The notes beneath the pieces were generated by a model that saw only the letters and a list, made by a program, of their open reading frames with translations, made no database searches and was not told the DNA's origin. A program made the translations under genes and the position numbers. DNA of 55,363 nt, filler included, from Jimgerdemannia flammicorona (taxonomy: Eukaryota), in assembly GCA_003990765.1 (NCBI GenBank). It is 3 parts of 3 records of this genome, joined end to end, with 100 filler letters (N's around TTAATTAATTAA, not from the genome) between each part and the next. Parts side by side here need not be neighbours in the genome. Positions count along the whole stretch, not along the records: positions 1 to 18,390 come from RBNJ01002221.1; 2 more parts are not named here. One strand, given 5' to 3'. Shown piece by piece: positions 1 to 12,059 of the stretch (its first letter is position 1; each line of letters begins with the position of its first letter).

Positions 1-1153
1 TTTTTTTTTTTTTTTTTTTTTAATTACTCAGACTTTACATTTATTACTTATTTGGTTTATTAAGATATAATTACAGTACTCTAACCCACTACCCAATCTC
101 CCTTGGGAGACTCTTCTATAAACTTTTATAATTGAAAGCCATCTTACTATCTGCTACTATAGCCCTCTTCTCACTCTGCCCATATATCTCTCTATCAAGT
201 AGTATCTACAATCTCTCTACAGACTCGATCCCAGCCATCAACCCATCAAGACATCCTCCATCAACTCTTCTCATCTTGTTAATTACTCTCTCAAGCTCAA
301 CTACTATCTCTCCTCAAAAATAAATAACCAGTATCCAGCCAATCTCACATATATAGCCAAAACTCACCTAATAGTAAGCTACTTATTTCCAAATCCACCC
401 ACCAATCTTTCTCTCAAATTCTCCCATTGATCTCTCTCATCATCTCTCCTCCTCAAAATACTCAATCTATCCCCAACTGCTAACCAAAAGTCTTTAAATA
501 TCTCGCACTCTTATAGCTAATATTCTGATATCTACATAATTCTCTCTTTCTGTTCTATATTATAACACTCCTCACAGTCAAATTGTCCACCTTCCACAAG
601 ATGACTAGAATGAAGTTGAGCATGATATTTCTTCTTAACAAGTACTACTATACTACCCAGAACTCGGAAAGCAGTCTGTACTATATTTAGAAACTCTACT
701 AGACTCCATTCTAGTCTTACTCTTTAATAATATCTGCCATCTGCCAGCCACTAGGGCATATATTCTGTTGACCCTCACTAGTACTCTACTCCATTACCAA
801 TAACAAAGTCAATTAATAAAGTACCCCACAATAACATATAATGCTATCAACATATTGCCAGATTTCACAGTATCTCTCCCTCAGCACTATACTAGTTGTA
901 AGTGCATAACCTCCAAGCAACCGAAGTTACATGTCACCCTCTGAACAAGCCACTGAAACCACATGTGAGCTCTGAACAAATCTGGAAATCACCTGCTTGA
1001 TCACAAAGCTGAGTCAATACAAAGTCACAGAATACAAGATTCATACAAATGGAATCTTATCAATCAGGACCAAATGCAAATATACTGAGCACCGAGATAT
1101 GTCGAATCAGAGAACCAAAACAAAAAACAACCACAACTTCCAAATACACAAAC

Positions 1154-2248
1154 ATGACCACTGAGATCTATACCTGTATCCATGCTGACATTTGGAATGC
1201 CATTGTCAACTGAGCCACACCCCCTCAGCCCCTCATGAATATCCATAGTCTAGCACCCCTCTACTTCATGGAAGCCTGATGGAATGCTCTGAACATGCTT
1301 AGCAAGGCCCATTGAATTGGACAAATCTCAAGCTACTACCAGATCGGCCACCTCCTGGAAGACATGATCGAACACCACTACAATACAGACATTATCCAGA
1401 TATCTCAACACCAGCTCATCACCTGCAAACATCAAGAACTCTTCTATGAGTATAGCACTATTATTCCCTACCTCCAAGTTACTACAGCCGAAATGGTTGC
1501 TACCCTGTCCTATGGCCAAATTGATGACATGATACAAGAACACAACCACAAGTATCTCAAGTACATCGAAACTACAGACAGAACCTTTCCACACCCCAAT
1601 GATCATATCCTGCAAATGCCCTAAGTTGGATATGCCATGAAGGACATCTATGATATAATCCACTTTGATGAAGATGAAGCAGAAGACAATGATCCCTCTG
1701 ATGCCAACATGACCTCTAGCCAAGGATCTCTACCAACCCTGATAACACCGCCAACCTTGCCAATGAACTTACAACAATTCATAACAGCATACAAGACTTA
1801 TTGGAACAATGACCACTGGCATGAATACCAACCCATGTTCATGCCCAATTACTTCAACTACAATGAAGAGACCGGAGAACACAACCTGTACCTCCAGACA
1901 ATCCTCAAGATTGAACCAACCACCCCACCACCTGAGTATGAGTGACATGAACCACAGCCACCAGCTTACTACAACCTTATGACTCATAGTGCTGTAACCT
2001 ACAGAAGGTATGCAGACAGCGAATCCGATGAAAGTGAAGACAATGCACCCCTCCTTTGCCCACCAACACCTTATCCAGCATATGAGACAGATGATGCTAT
2101 TCTGTAGGATAGTGATGAAGTTTCAATGTATTATTACCTCAGTGAATAAGGAGAAGTAATCCGTGAACCACTCTTCCTAGATGACTACTCTATCAGAGAT
2201 GATGCAATCAATAGTGATGTCATCGAGGACTACCCAGACAGCATCTAA
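1154..2248 (+). pseudogene. LTR-internal ORF of unknown function (365 codons, acidic C-terminal half), interrupted only by transition-type stops
   Basis: A single frame runs from ATG 1154 to TAA 2246-2248 and joins track ORFs 1364..1624 and 1637..1945. Internal stops are TGA/TAA/TAG. Where another copy can be read, it often has CGA, CAA or TGG at those positions. Confidence 0.85.
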
Positions 2249-2441
2249 ACCTATAAATAGCATAGCAGTCATATGTAGTATAGTTAGATTAGCCTTGTAT
2301 GATGTGACTGTGAACTGACTCGGCAGTCAGATGATCTCTTGACATATCAGATCACACTTTTACTATGTGACTGTATTCTGACTCAGCAAGGTACTTAGTG
2401 CTACATCCATATTCAGCATAGTCTAGATAGCCCCTCACTAG

Positions 2442-2570
2442 TATAAATACCCCCTCCCCCAGACCTCAGAATCTTAGACTCGAGCACACAAGAACATTCC
2501 TGAGCACTTCCCTACAATATCCCTTCACACAACTACTCCTAGTATAGTAACATCATAAATAGTGAATAAA
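2442..2570 (+). promoter_or_regulatory. Putative LTR TATA box (TATAAATA 2442-2449) and polyadenylation signal (AATAAA 2565-2570)
   Basis: Both motifs are retained at equivalent positions in copies B, C and D. Their order fits a U3-R-U5 organisation. Confidence 0.6.
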
Positions 2571-3485
2571 CCTATTTAATAACCTATAAACCACTCTTAA
2601 GTAAATCCACTCTCTGTTAGGTCCCACTCCTAACTCCGTTACGAAATTTCCTAATTGGGTATTGTCTGCAGTGATATGCCAATTCAACTAAGCTGGTCTT
2701 AGTTTCTTAAACTTCCTGAAATACGGAAAATCCTAAACATCCAGAACTAGTCCAAAAAAGGACTTTGGTTGAGACATCAACCTGATCTTGAAATCAATAA
2801 GTGTAGAGGACATACTCCATATGAAATTGATCTTGACCAATAGAAAACGGTCTTCCAGAATATCCAGAACCTCCAGAAAACCTTTCCAGAACTATATAAT
2901 GGTTACCCTAAAAAGCAACCCTCTTATACTAGTAAAGATCAATATAGTGTATTTCATCAACTACTCTCTACCAGAAGCCCTTATATTATATACACTTACT
3001 ATTCCTAAGTCCCACTAAAGACAATAGATACCCCAATAAGTCTCTCAGTAAAAATCTCATCTCCCAAACCTTCTGTATCAAGAGAACTCAGCTGTCTCTC
3101 CTTAGTTCTACAGCTCTCTTCAGCCACCATGTTCTTAGATAATAAAGTCTCTTTGAGAAGTCAACTAGTCTATGACCCCCTCTATCTACTGATATTGACA
3201 GAATATCTTAGTTAATCTGATTCTGCCTCTCAGCCCAGACCCAGTCCTTGGCCAGCTTAAATAGCCTCTTCACCACCTAGGCCAGAAAGTCCAAATAATA
3301 TATCAAATACTATACATTCAGAAGTCAGTATCATTCAGAATTGAAAAACAGTCTATAAAGAGATATATTGATTACCTCAGCTCTACAGGATCTCTCTCCA
3401 AATAACCATCTGCTAATCCTACTAAGTTTTAGGCAGAACTGACTTATATACTGAAAGAAAAATGCTCAAGTATTATATATATATA

Positions 3486-6400
3486 TTTTTTTTTTTTTTT
3501 TTTTTATAGTCACTTGGACTCTGCCTTTATTACCAGTCTATGAATAAGTATACATCATCACCACCCACTACCCAATCTCCATAGGGGGGCCCCTCTCCAC
3601 CTCCTCACGAATAAAGATCACTCTTTTACCAACTACTCCAACTCTCTCCCCACTCTGTCCACAAATTTTCTCTACTAAGCAGCACCTCTGACCACCCTGC
3701 AGCCCCCAACCAAGCCACCAGCCTGTTAAGGTGTCTTCCATAAGCCTATGCCACCACAACAACCAGTTCCCCAAATCCTGTCTCCTCCCATCCTTAAAAA
3801 CAAATAGCCAGTGACTGGCCAGCCCCACCCAAATAGCCAAAGCCCAGTCCAAAGTAAGCCACTCCTTCCCTATCCCCCCTACCAATCTATCCCTCAAGTC
3901 CTCCCACCTCCCCCATACTTCATCTCCCCTACACTGTACCCCCAAGCATTTCCCAATTGCCTGCCAAAAATCCCCCAACACCTCACCCTCTCCTAGCTAA
4001 TATTCAGGTATCTGTACATAACCCCCCTTCTGCCCTACATTATGGCACTCCTCACAGTCAAAGCAACCCCTTATGATAAGGTGCCCTGAGCAAAAGTTGA
4101 GCATAACATTCCTCTGCAGTATGCGCCACCAGACCACCCAGTACTTTGGCGGCATCCACTTTCTCACTGCAGCACTCCAGGTCTATGCTCAAGTACTATA
4201 TGGTATCTCCAGTGTAGACAATAGTTCTAATGTCATCTCCTCTTACTAAACCATTGCTAAATATCATCATTTATATTTATATTAGTTGAGTTTTATCCCA
4301 GAGTGAGCCTCATAACACTCTACTGTTTTCTTAAGCACTTACATATCTGCAATTAATCCAAGTCCAACTACTATATCATCTGCAAAGGCTCTAACTTCCA
4401 GATCATCCCAAATATCAAGAGCTCTACTACTTTGTAATAAATCCTATCTATCAATGGCTCTAAGAATAGAGTATACAAAATAGGAGACAATGGGTCACTC
4501 TATGAAATACCTCTATCTAGAGAGAATATCACACTCCAATGATCATTATATATGAGTACTATACTGCTCTCTTCTATTAAGTTGATTATAGATACTCAGA
4601 ACTACTAAGAGACCACAATCCTATCCAGCACCTTCACCAACCAGACTCTTTAGATATAATTATTGGTGTTCTTCTAATCCAGAAAGACCAATCTTCTATC
4701 TAGCTTACAAGCTTGAGCCCTCATGAATCTAAGCCATATTATTCTGAATAAGTCAGTCCCTAATAAAGCTCTGTTATTTTTTACTCAATACTTGTTAGAC
4801 CACCTTCTGCAGCCTTACAATAATTACCTTGGTGACTATATTTCTGTCTATATCTAGGAGCATAATATGCTACCAGTTCTTTCAATCCTCTCTCCTACTC
4901 TTATTCTTATACAACAGTATCACCAGCTCCAGATTCTGTCCTCCCACCTACTTCTCTGACTATAGTACAGAGTTACAAAGTATCATTATTATGCCCAGTA
5001 CTCCAGAGACTTTACCATCTTCTTCCAGAAGTTTCAGGGCAGTATATCCTCCCCTAGTACTGTGCTCAGTTTAGATATAGCAATAATCTAATAAATCTCC
5101 TCCTCTTGAACTGGCAGCACTAAACTGCCAAGTCCATCCACTTGTAGTAAGTACCAATCCTTCAGAGTATATTCAATAGTAGCAGCATTAGCCCCACCCT
5201 CCTTCTCACTCTACAGACCACTCCACCTTTCCTTCAGAGAGCTTAAAATATTTTGTAAATTATAGACCAGTAGACTCTTAGTATCCAAAACCACTTTTAC
5301 ATCTGCCTCATCCCCCTAGTTTGAATAAGTCTTAAGAGATACTTAGAGGGACTCTCTTCCTCCTCAAGTCCCAGTCAATGCAGCCATATAGCCATTCCTC
5401 TTACAAGAGTCTCCTCCTCCTTCTTCAATACTTGTTATAACTCTATGACCTCCAGCTTTGCTTGTATTAATTTCCAATCCTCTAGCCCCTCCAAGGTCAA
5501 TAGATCAGCCCATTTCTTTTGAAGCTGAACCAACCTAGTAGAGGTCCAAGTCACTCTTATTCTTTACTATTGTTCTACTACCTTGCCAGTCTCACCTTAG
5601 TAAACTCTAGTAGCCTCCTTCTGCCTCACTCACTAAGTATTTACTGGAATGTTTTTTTTTTTTTTTTTTTTTTTTTATAGTCTCTTGGACTTTACCATTT
5701 ATTATTGATCTATCATTATAATTAAAATAACCCCATCTACTACCCATACCCCTAGGGAGCCTCATCTTTATATTCTTATACTTAAATACTACCTTACTAC
5801 CTACTATCCCAACTATCTCCTCACTCTGCCCATAAATTTTCTCTACTAAATAGTATCACCAATCTCCCTACAGATACCATCCCAGCCATCAGCCCATCAT
5901 GACATCCTCCATTAATCCTTCCCACCTCAACAACTACTCTCTCAGATACAAATTCTTCCCTTTCTCAAACATAAATAGCCAATAACCTGTCAGCCCCATT
6001 CATACAACCAATACCTAACCCAAAGTGAGCCACTTCTACCTCACCCCCTGCCACCAATCTATCCTTCAGATCCTCCCATCAACTCCTCTTATCATCTCCC
6101 CTATTACTGGAATGCCCTGTCAGACCCAATAATCTGCTTTCTGTCTGATGCTCTCAGCTAAAGTATCCTACAACCACTTCTCAACTAACAAAGAAGAATT
6201 GAGGTACTAATATCCAGGCCCATTCCCACTACTCCCAAACTGACCATGCTCTAATAAGTCCCAATGATCTGGCTATAGATACTACTCAATCTTCAGAAAT
6301 CTCCAGATATCCAGACTCTAGTAATTGGCTATCAGCACCCTATCAATTCTAGTCTCAAGACCACCTATAGACTCTCCTATCTCCCTATATTGCTCAACCA

Positions 6401-9005
6401 GCATCTATTCAGGATCTAAGTTACTCTATCTCCTCTCAACCCTTTAGGCTACTACTTCTGCTCTCCGCATTTCTCTCCTCATTGGTTCTGTCCAACAGTA
6501 CTATTTGAACTATATTGAATTCCTCTCCAAGCATATCCACTCCTGCCTCCACTAGTACCTGACTATCCAAAAGACCATCTATCCACTCTACATACTTACT
6601 GCTAACTATAGAGCAGTAATAAGATTCAACCAAATTAGCTCCTACTCTAGCTAATACCATTCGCTCCAAACTAGTCAATTTTCCCAATTTCTGCTTTCAT
6701 ATATTTCACCTTGCTCTTTCTGCACTAGTAGCCTACTCTTGCTATTCAAAACTATATTTTCTCTCTACTCTCATCCACTCCTATTGATCAAGGTCCTCCT
6801 TATAATACACATTCTATCAAAGAAAGAGATCAGCTTCCATTTCCTTCAACTAAGTGAAAATGTTATACTATCTCTCAGAACCTCTCCAGTTTTTCATATT
6901 TAATAAAAAAATGTTAGTTATACTGTTCATAGGGAATAATATTGTAATAAATATATTCTCTTTACAGATCTATATTCATCTCCTCTCTAGCTAAGTTTAA
7001 TCTATATTCTCTGGTTGCCTCTTCTCTCTCAATCTACTTAGCCATTGCTGCATCATCCTTCTCCTCTATCTCCTCCCAGTACTCCAAGCAAACCCCTTGT
7101 CAGATCTCCAGTCCATGTCTCTGTTCTCACCAGAAAGCTGTATGCTCCCTAGTATTCACTATCAACTCAACCTCCCTCACCTTATCTATCTCATATCCTT
7201 CCTCATCTAGGAATACTACCAATATCTCAGTCTCTAGAGATACTACAATACTATCTCTCTACAGTACTCTTGCCCAGTACTCCTCACTGATAACATATAG
7301 GTCTACATCTCCTAACTTCTCAGCTGCTAAGTTGTTTATCACCCAGAACATCCACTGTAGATCACTAATCAACTTGCTCCCATGGGTTGCTGGTCTGCTA
7401 TCTTTTAGCATCATTGCATCTGCCCTAATACTTTCTGCCTCATCTCACTCCTCCTCAGAAACATCCACCAGCTCATCCTCCTCAATATCAACTATCTGCC
7501 CTCTACTTTTTATCTCAGATACTCCAAATTGAATATAGCAAGTCCCCAATATCTCTACATTCCCACCAACTTTTGGCTATATGATCCCAGATCACCTTCT
7601 TCTATCCTTGCTCTCCTTCTATATCTCTAGTATAACATCATCATAGAGAGCCTAATTCTCTATCTCCTAGCTCTCACCCATAGTTTTCACACTCTTCCCC
7701 ACATCATTATCAGCCCAGACACTCTTCTGAGCACCTCCTGAGACTCTATCAGAACTGGGTAATACCTTCTCTTTCTCCTTCAAACTCACCAGCAACTACT
7801 TCTACTACTTATACCTCTGAGCTCTCTCTCACTACTTATTATCTCTCTAAATACACTTTTTATCCACCATCTCTAGGTGTATTGAGCCTACATATATCTG
7901 ATATACCTTACTTCACTACTCTTCTATCCTACTGAGCTCTTTTAGTATCTCTACCAGATTCTTCTCCTCCTCTATACTCTCCTTTACTTCTGTCTCTTTA
8001 TACATAAATATATCCAAGTTCTGAAGCTTCTCTATAGCTTTCTTTCCAGTTAGCTCCAGCCAGATATCCTCATCTTCTATTCTGAACAAAGTCTCCTCCT
8101 AGATCTAGAAACTAATATTAACTACCTCACTATACTTAGCTATGACTTCCTCTACTCTCCTCTTTGTCTCAACCATCATTATTATAAATACTCTCTTCAC
8201 TGTAGCTAGATTATCCTGAGGTTCCACCTCAGACAGCTAGCCATTAGGACCACCTTTTCTCTCATAGTCAACCTGGTCTTCAATATCTCCTCCAAGAGAG
8301 CAGTCTTCTCAAAGCCCACCTCAACTCTCTCAAGCCCCTTCAAGAGCTTCATCAAGACAGCTCTAACTATCTGCTTCAAGATCAGTCTTAGTATCATCTT
8401 TACCATTACTGATAAGTCCTGGAAGTATAATGTGACTGTAAACTCTAAGATTGATTTCTTGAGTAACAGAACTACTACCAGATAAATTATACCATCAGTC
8501 AGATTCCTCTACACCTGTTGGTTACTCTAGATAGCTCTATCATCATTACATCTCTTTTTTTTTCCAGATTCCCCATCATACTGCCATCAGTAGTCATATT
8601 ACTACCTCTAGCCATAATCCCTCCTGCCCCTATACTTGCTCCTCTGGATATAGGGCCCACTACTATCTCCAAGATAGCTTTGTCTTTCCCCCAGCTATAT
8701 CAGTCTAAGCATCTACCTGCTATCTACTCTCCTTAATCTTATCAGCCTAACTAAAGGACTTAAATCTGCCCTCATTTGTGTCTGACATTGGCCCCACTCC
8801 AGATCTTTTTCCACTATTTATACCTCCAAAAAAGCCTGTCCCCAGATCATATCTCCTCTCCACTTACTGTCAGCTGAATGTCCCAGATCCCCCTAACTCA
8901 ATACACCTATCTGAACTCTTGCTTAATAATATATTACTAGTGTCTTTTCTCTGAGTTTTGTTGAAAGGTATTGCTTGTATAATGTAAATTATACCAGAGA
9001 AAGCA
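3486..9005 (-). mobile_element. Degenerate near full-length L1/Tx1-like LINE (ORF1 plus APE endonuclease/RT ORF2) with internal deletions
   Basis: Poly-T tail at 3486-3505. RT-region remnants at about 4300-5100, endonuclease at about 6200-6930, ORF1 remnant 8206..8406 (KLLKGLERVEVGFE). The 5' motif near 9000 is shared with other copies. Confidence 0.85.
5652..6103 (-). mobile_element. Short 5'-truncated LINE 3' end nested in another LINE
   Basis: Poly-T at 5652-5676. An 11-bp TSD TTACTGGAATG lies at 5641-5651 and 6104-6114. Confidence 0.85.
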
Positions 9006-9894
9006 TTATAGCTATATCTAATTCTTAATATAGTATAGTATTATAATTAGCAGTCACCTATTCTCACAGTTATAAAAGATTATTTATAGAAAAAGAATTC
9101 TTAACTAAGCAACTTTATAGCTAGCAAACTTATATAAATAACCTAAATACATATCTATAGTAAATAAATCTTAGACTAAAAGAGTTTAAGGCTTAATTTA
9201 ATAGTCTAAAATATAATGAGATTAGATAGATATTATCTATAACTCTAGGAAGTAAAAAAGAGATATAGAAATTTGATACAATTTCTAGATTATATATCTA
9301 CTATATCAATTTTAAAATTCAATTAATATTTAATTTATAGTTTTTTTTGAACTTATTTTAAATTTCAATAATTCTAAAATTCAAAATTTTTTGAAACTAA
9401 AATTATATTAATTAAATGATATTGTAGAGAAGAATTTTTTTAATAAAGTTATATATTTTATATATTGATATATTAAGTTAATATTCTAATACTCCTACTT
9501 AATAAGATATATAACTTAAAAAAAAAACAAATATAAAGTAAACTGTAACCAAATAAAAACTAGAATAAAAAGTAATATATAATTTATGTATAACTAGAAC
9601 TATATAACTCAGAATTATAACTATTAAAAAAATATTATAAGTTAAATAGTAATCAAAAATATTAGAAATATCTGCTCTTAGATTAGAGATATGAATATAT
9701 TACCTATAGAAATATAATATATATATATTTAATATACTATTATACCTAATTAGAACTTATAAGATATATTGTAACTTTGTTAAAAATATAGAGTAGAGAA
9801 GAAGAAGGATATTTATTATTTTAGATTATATATATTTATAAATTGAAATTAATAATATAATTTAAAATAATATAATTATATATAAGTTATATAT

Positions 9895-12059
9895 TATAAT
9901 AATATCTTAAAAACGATGATATCAAAAGCCAATAAGTTTCTGGTTATAAATTGTAACTCACCTATAACTCATCTTGATCAGAAGATGATTTGTATCTGAA
10001 CTTATTGTGACTCATAATGATCTCAATAGTATACTACTCCAAAAAAAGATAACTTTACCTCTGGACTAAAGAGGAAGACCTCCTTAAGATATAAAAGAAA
10101 CATTGAAAAGAAATATAAGACATTATCTGCAAATAGGAAACTCACTACAAAATGGAATACCTGCTCTCTGCCAAACAATAAGATCAAGAAACTATCTAGA
10201 TCTATCAGTCTAAAATCAGATATTCTCTGATATCAAAAGAGCTATGAGGATAGGTACAAGAAGTACTCTAAGCTTGAACCATATTACAAGTAACCTATAC
10301 CACTACACTCTCAACTATTATGAAATAGAAACAAGAATCTCTACTACTACTGAGTGTCTCTGGATATGATATAAGTTAAGGTATCATCTTTGCAAAGATC
10401 TCCCATAAGCCAACTCTGAAGAAATTATATATACCACATACCTGTATAGATATGAACAGAAGTTGGCTAAGAGAGTCTATCAGACCTTCAGGCATATACC
10501 ATGGGCCATTCCTAACTTGGAATTATCAAAGTTTTAGATATCCAAGAACTGATAAGCTACTCTATAGATCATCTTGAAGAAATGGTTATAGAAGAAGCTC
10601 AGTCTACTATCACAGGCAAGAGTGATGAGGTTCAAGACCTTTGGATCTCTGTTCTAGAAGACAACTCAGATCAGTTCCTTCAAGATCTGATTACATTGTT
10701 CTAAGGCCCTCCTCTGAGAGTCTGCTATTTTCAGAATTCCACAAATATATCCTACTTTGTGGATAATAATACTATCAGTTAGAGATCTCAATAACCAGAG
10801 TAAGTGAACTACTTATCTCATAGGAAGAAGACCTTAACAATCTCCTTAAGGAGTATTTAAGTCCACTATCAGCACTTACAGAGCTCTCTACTAACCTTAG
10901 CATAACTATAGAGGATACAGAAAATGATTTGGCCAGACTCTCTTAAGAAAATGAGTAAGTGGATGAGGATTATATAATCCTAATAATATTAAACTTTAAG
11001 TTATATAAGGATGGCTCTATTAGTCAAATTTGAGTAAGTTAGTTAGTTATACAAATATTGACTACCTAACTAGCTAAATTTGACTAAGTTAATTGTTATA
11101 CAAAGAGTGACTATCTAACTAGCCAAATTTAAGTAAGTTAGTTAGTTGTACAAATAGTAACTATCTATTAACTAGCCAAATTCTTCACAAATATAAATTA
11201 GCCTTATTTAGCTAGTTAGTCACTTGATTTCCAAAAGTGTACCAAATAGTATCTCCTAGTAATTGTGAGTTATAACCAATTATATAGTTTTATATATAAT
11301 CTGAAATTTATATAAATACTCTCTTGACTTGTAGTAAATAAATCTCAGTCTATTTGTGTTTGAAGTAAAAGGAATTACAGAGAAACCCACTGTCTCTAAG
11401 AAATAGGAATAATTCTAAGAGATAAGATAACTAAAGCAATAATTACTTAAGGTTTGAGTTTTTAGAATTTCTCTTACTATAGACTGTTACAGAAATCAGA
11501 TACAAAACTTAGAAAATATCGGAATGTTGTCAGGAAACCTTGCCAAGGATACCAGAATAATTGCCAATCTATCAGAAAGCTCAGCAAACTTATGAAAACA
11601 CTAGCCAGAAACCCAAGAATAAGTCAGTCAAAATTACCACTACTAAGAAAACTGCTAGGAAATCTACCAGATAAGAAAATGCTACCACAGTCAGTAAGAA
11701 AGTAACTGTCATCAGGATTCAAGACCCAGGAAACTTCGGAACAGCCAAAAGATATGTTAGACTATCAAGGAATACAAAAAACCCATGAAAATGATTACCA
11801 GAGCCTGTGATATCATTCTTTCACTCTTTGTTATTCTGAATGACTAGTCATATAACTAATGGCTCATGATATATAAACTCAGTAATGTATGAACTCTAAC
11901 CTGAGGTAAGAAATGTAAACAAATTAAACAGCAGTTGAACTAAACATTGTATTGAAATATTATTAGAGATAAAGTGATACATAGTATATAAATAACCAGT
12001 AGAACATTGATCTATACAATTTAGCAAACAATTGATACAAATTGCACACTATAATATAT
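9895..12059 (+). mobile_element. Family-2 LTR-like repeat, copy 1 (highly mutated), with degenerate ORF at about 9960-11033
   Basis: Colinear with 12060-13362 and with the minus-strand copy 45300-49438. Start TATAATAATATC corresponds to TGTGATGATATC of copy 2. TATAAATA at 11311 and AATAAA at 11337. Confidence 0.7.
11021..11185 (+). repeat. About 50-bp tandem repeat x3 (TAGCCAAATTTGAGTAAGTTAGTTAGTTGTACAAATAGTGACTACCTAAC-like) in family-2 LTR
   Basis: Three units are visible here, two at about 13175-13290 and one at about 46095-46152 (minus). Confidence 0.85.

Larger units (their letters stand above)
897..2928 (+). mobile_element. Family-1 solo LTR-like element, copy A (2032 bp)
   Basis: Starts TGTAAG (897) and ends CTTATA (mutated CTTACA, 2928). 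Flanked by a 5-bp TSD CTAGT (892-896 and 2929-2933). Colinear with copies at 35826, 46485 and 50288. Confidence 0.9.
1..3420 (-). mobile_element. Degenerate 5'-truncated LINE (3' part of ORF2), split by an LTR insertion at 897-2928
   Basis: Poly-T at 1-21 is the poly-A tail on the minus strand. 22-896 is similar to the 3' ends of the other LINEs here. LINE-like sequence resumes at 2934 after the TSD. The right boundary is approximate. Confidence 0.75.

Noticed and set aside
1154..2248. Alternative genetic code or stop readthrough explaining in-frame TGA/TAG in repeats
   Set aside because: Stops differ between copies and correspond to CGA, CAA, CAG or TGG elsewhere, and host genes use standard stops.
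9010..9890. Organellar insertion or centromeric core in an extremely AT-rich stretch
   Set aside because: No recognisable organellar gene. It is better explained as end-stage mutated repeat DNA.
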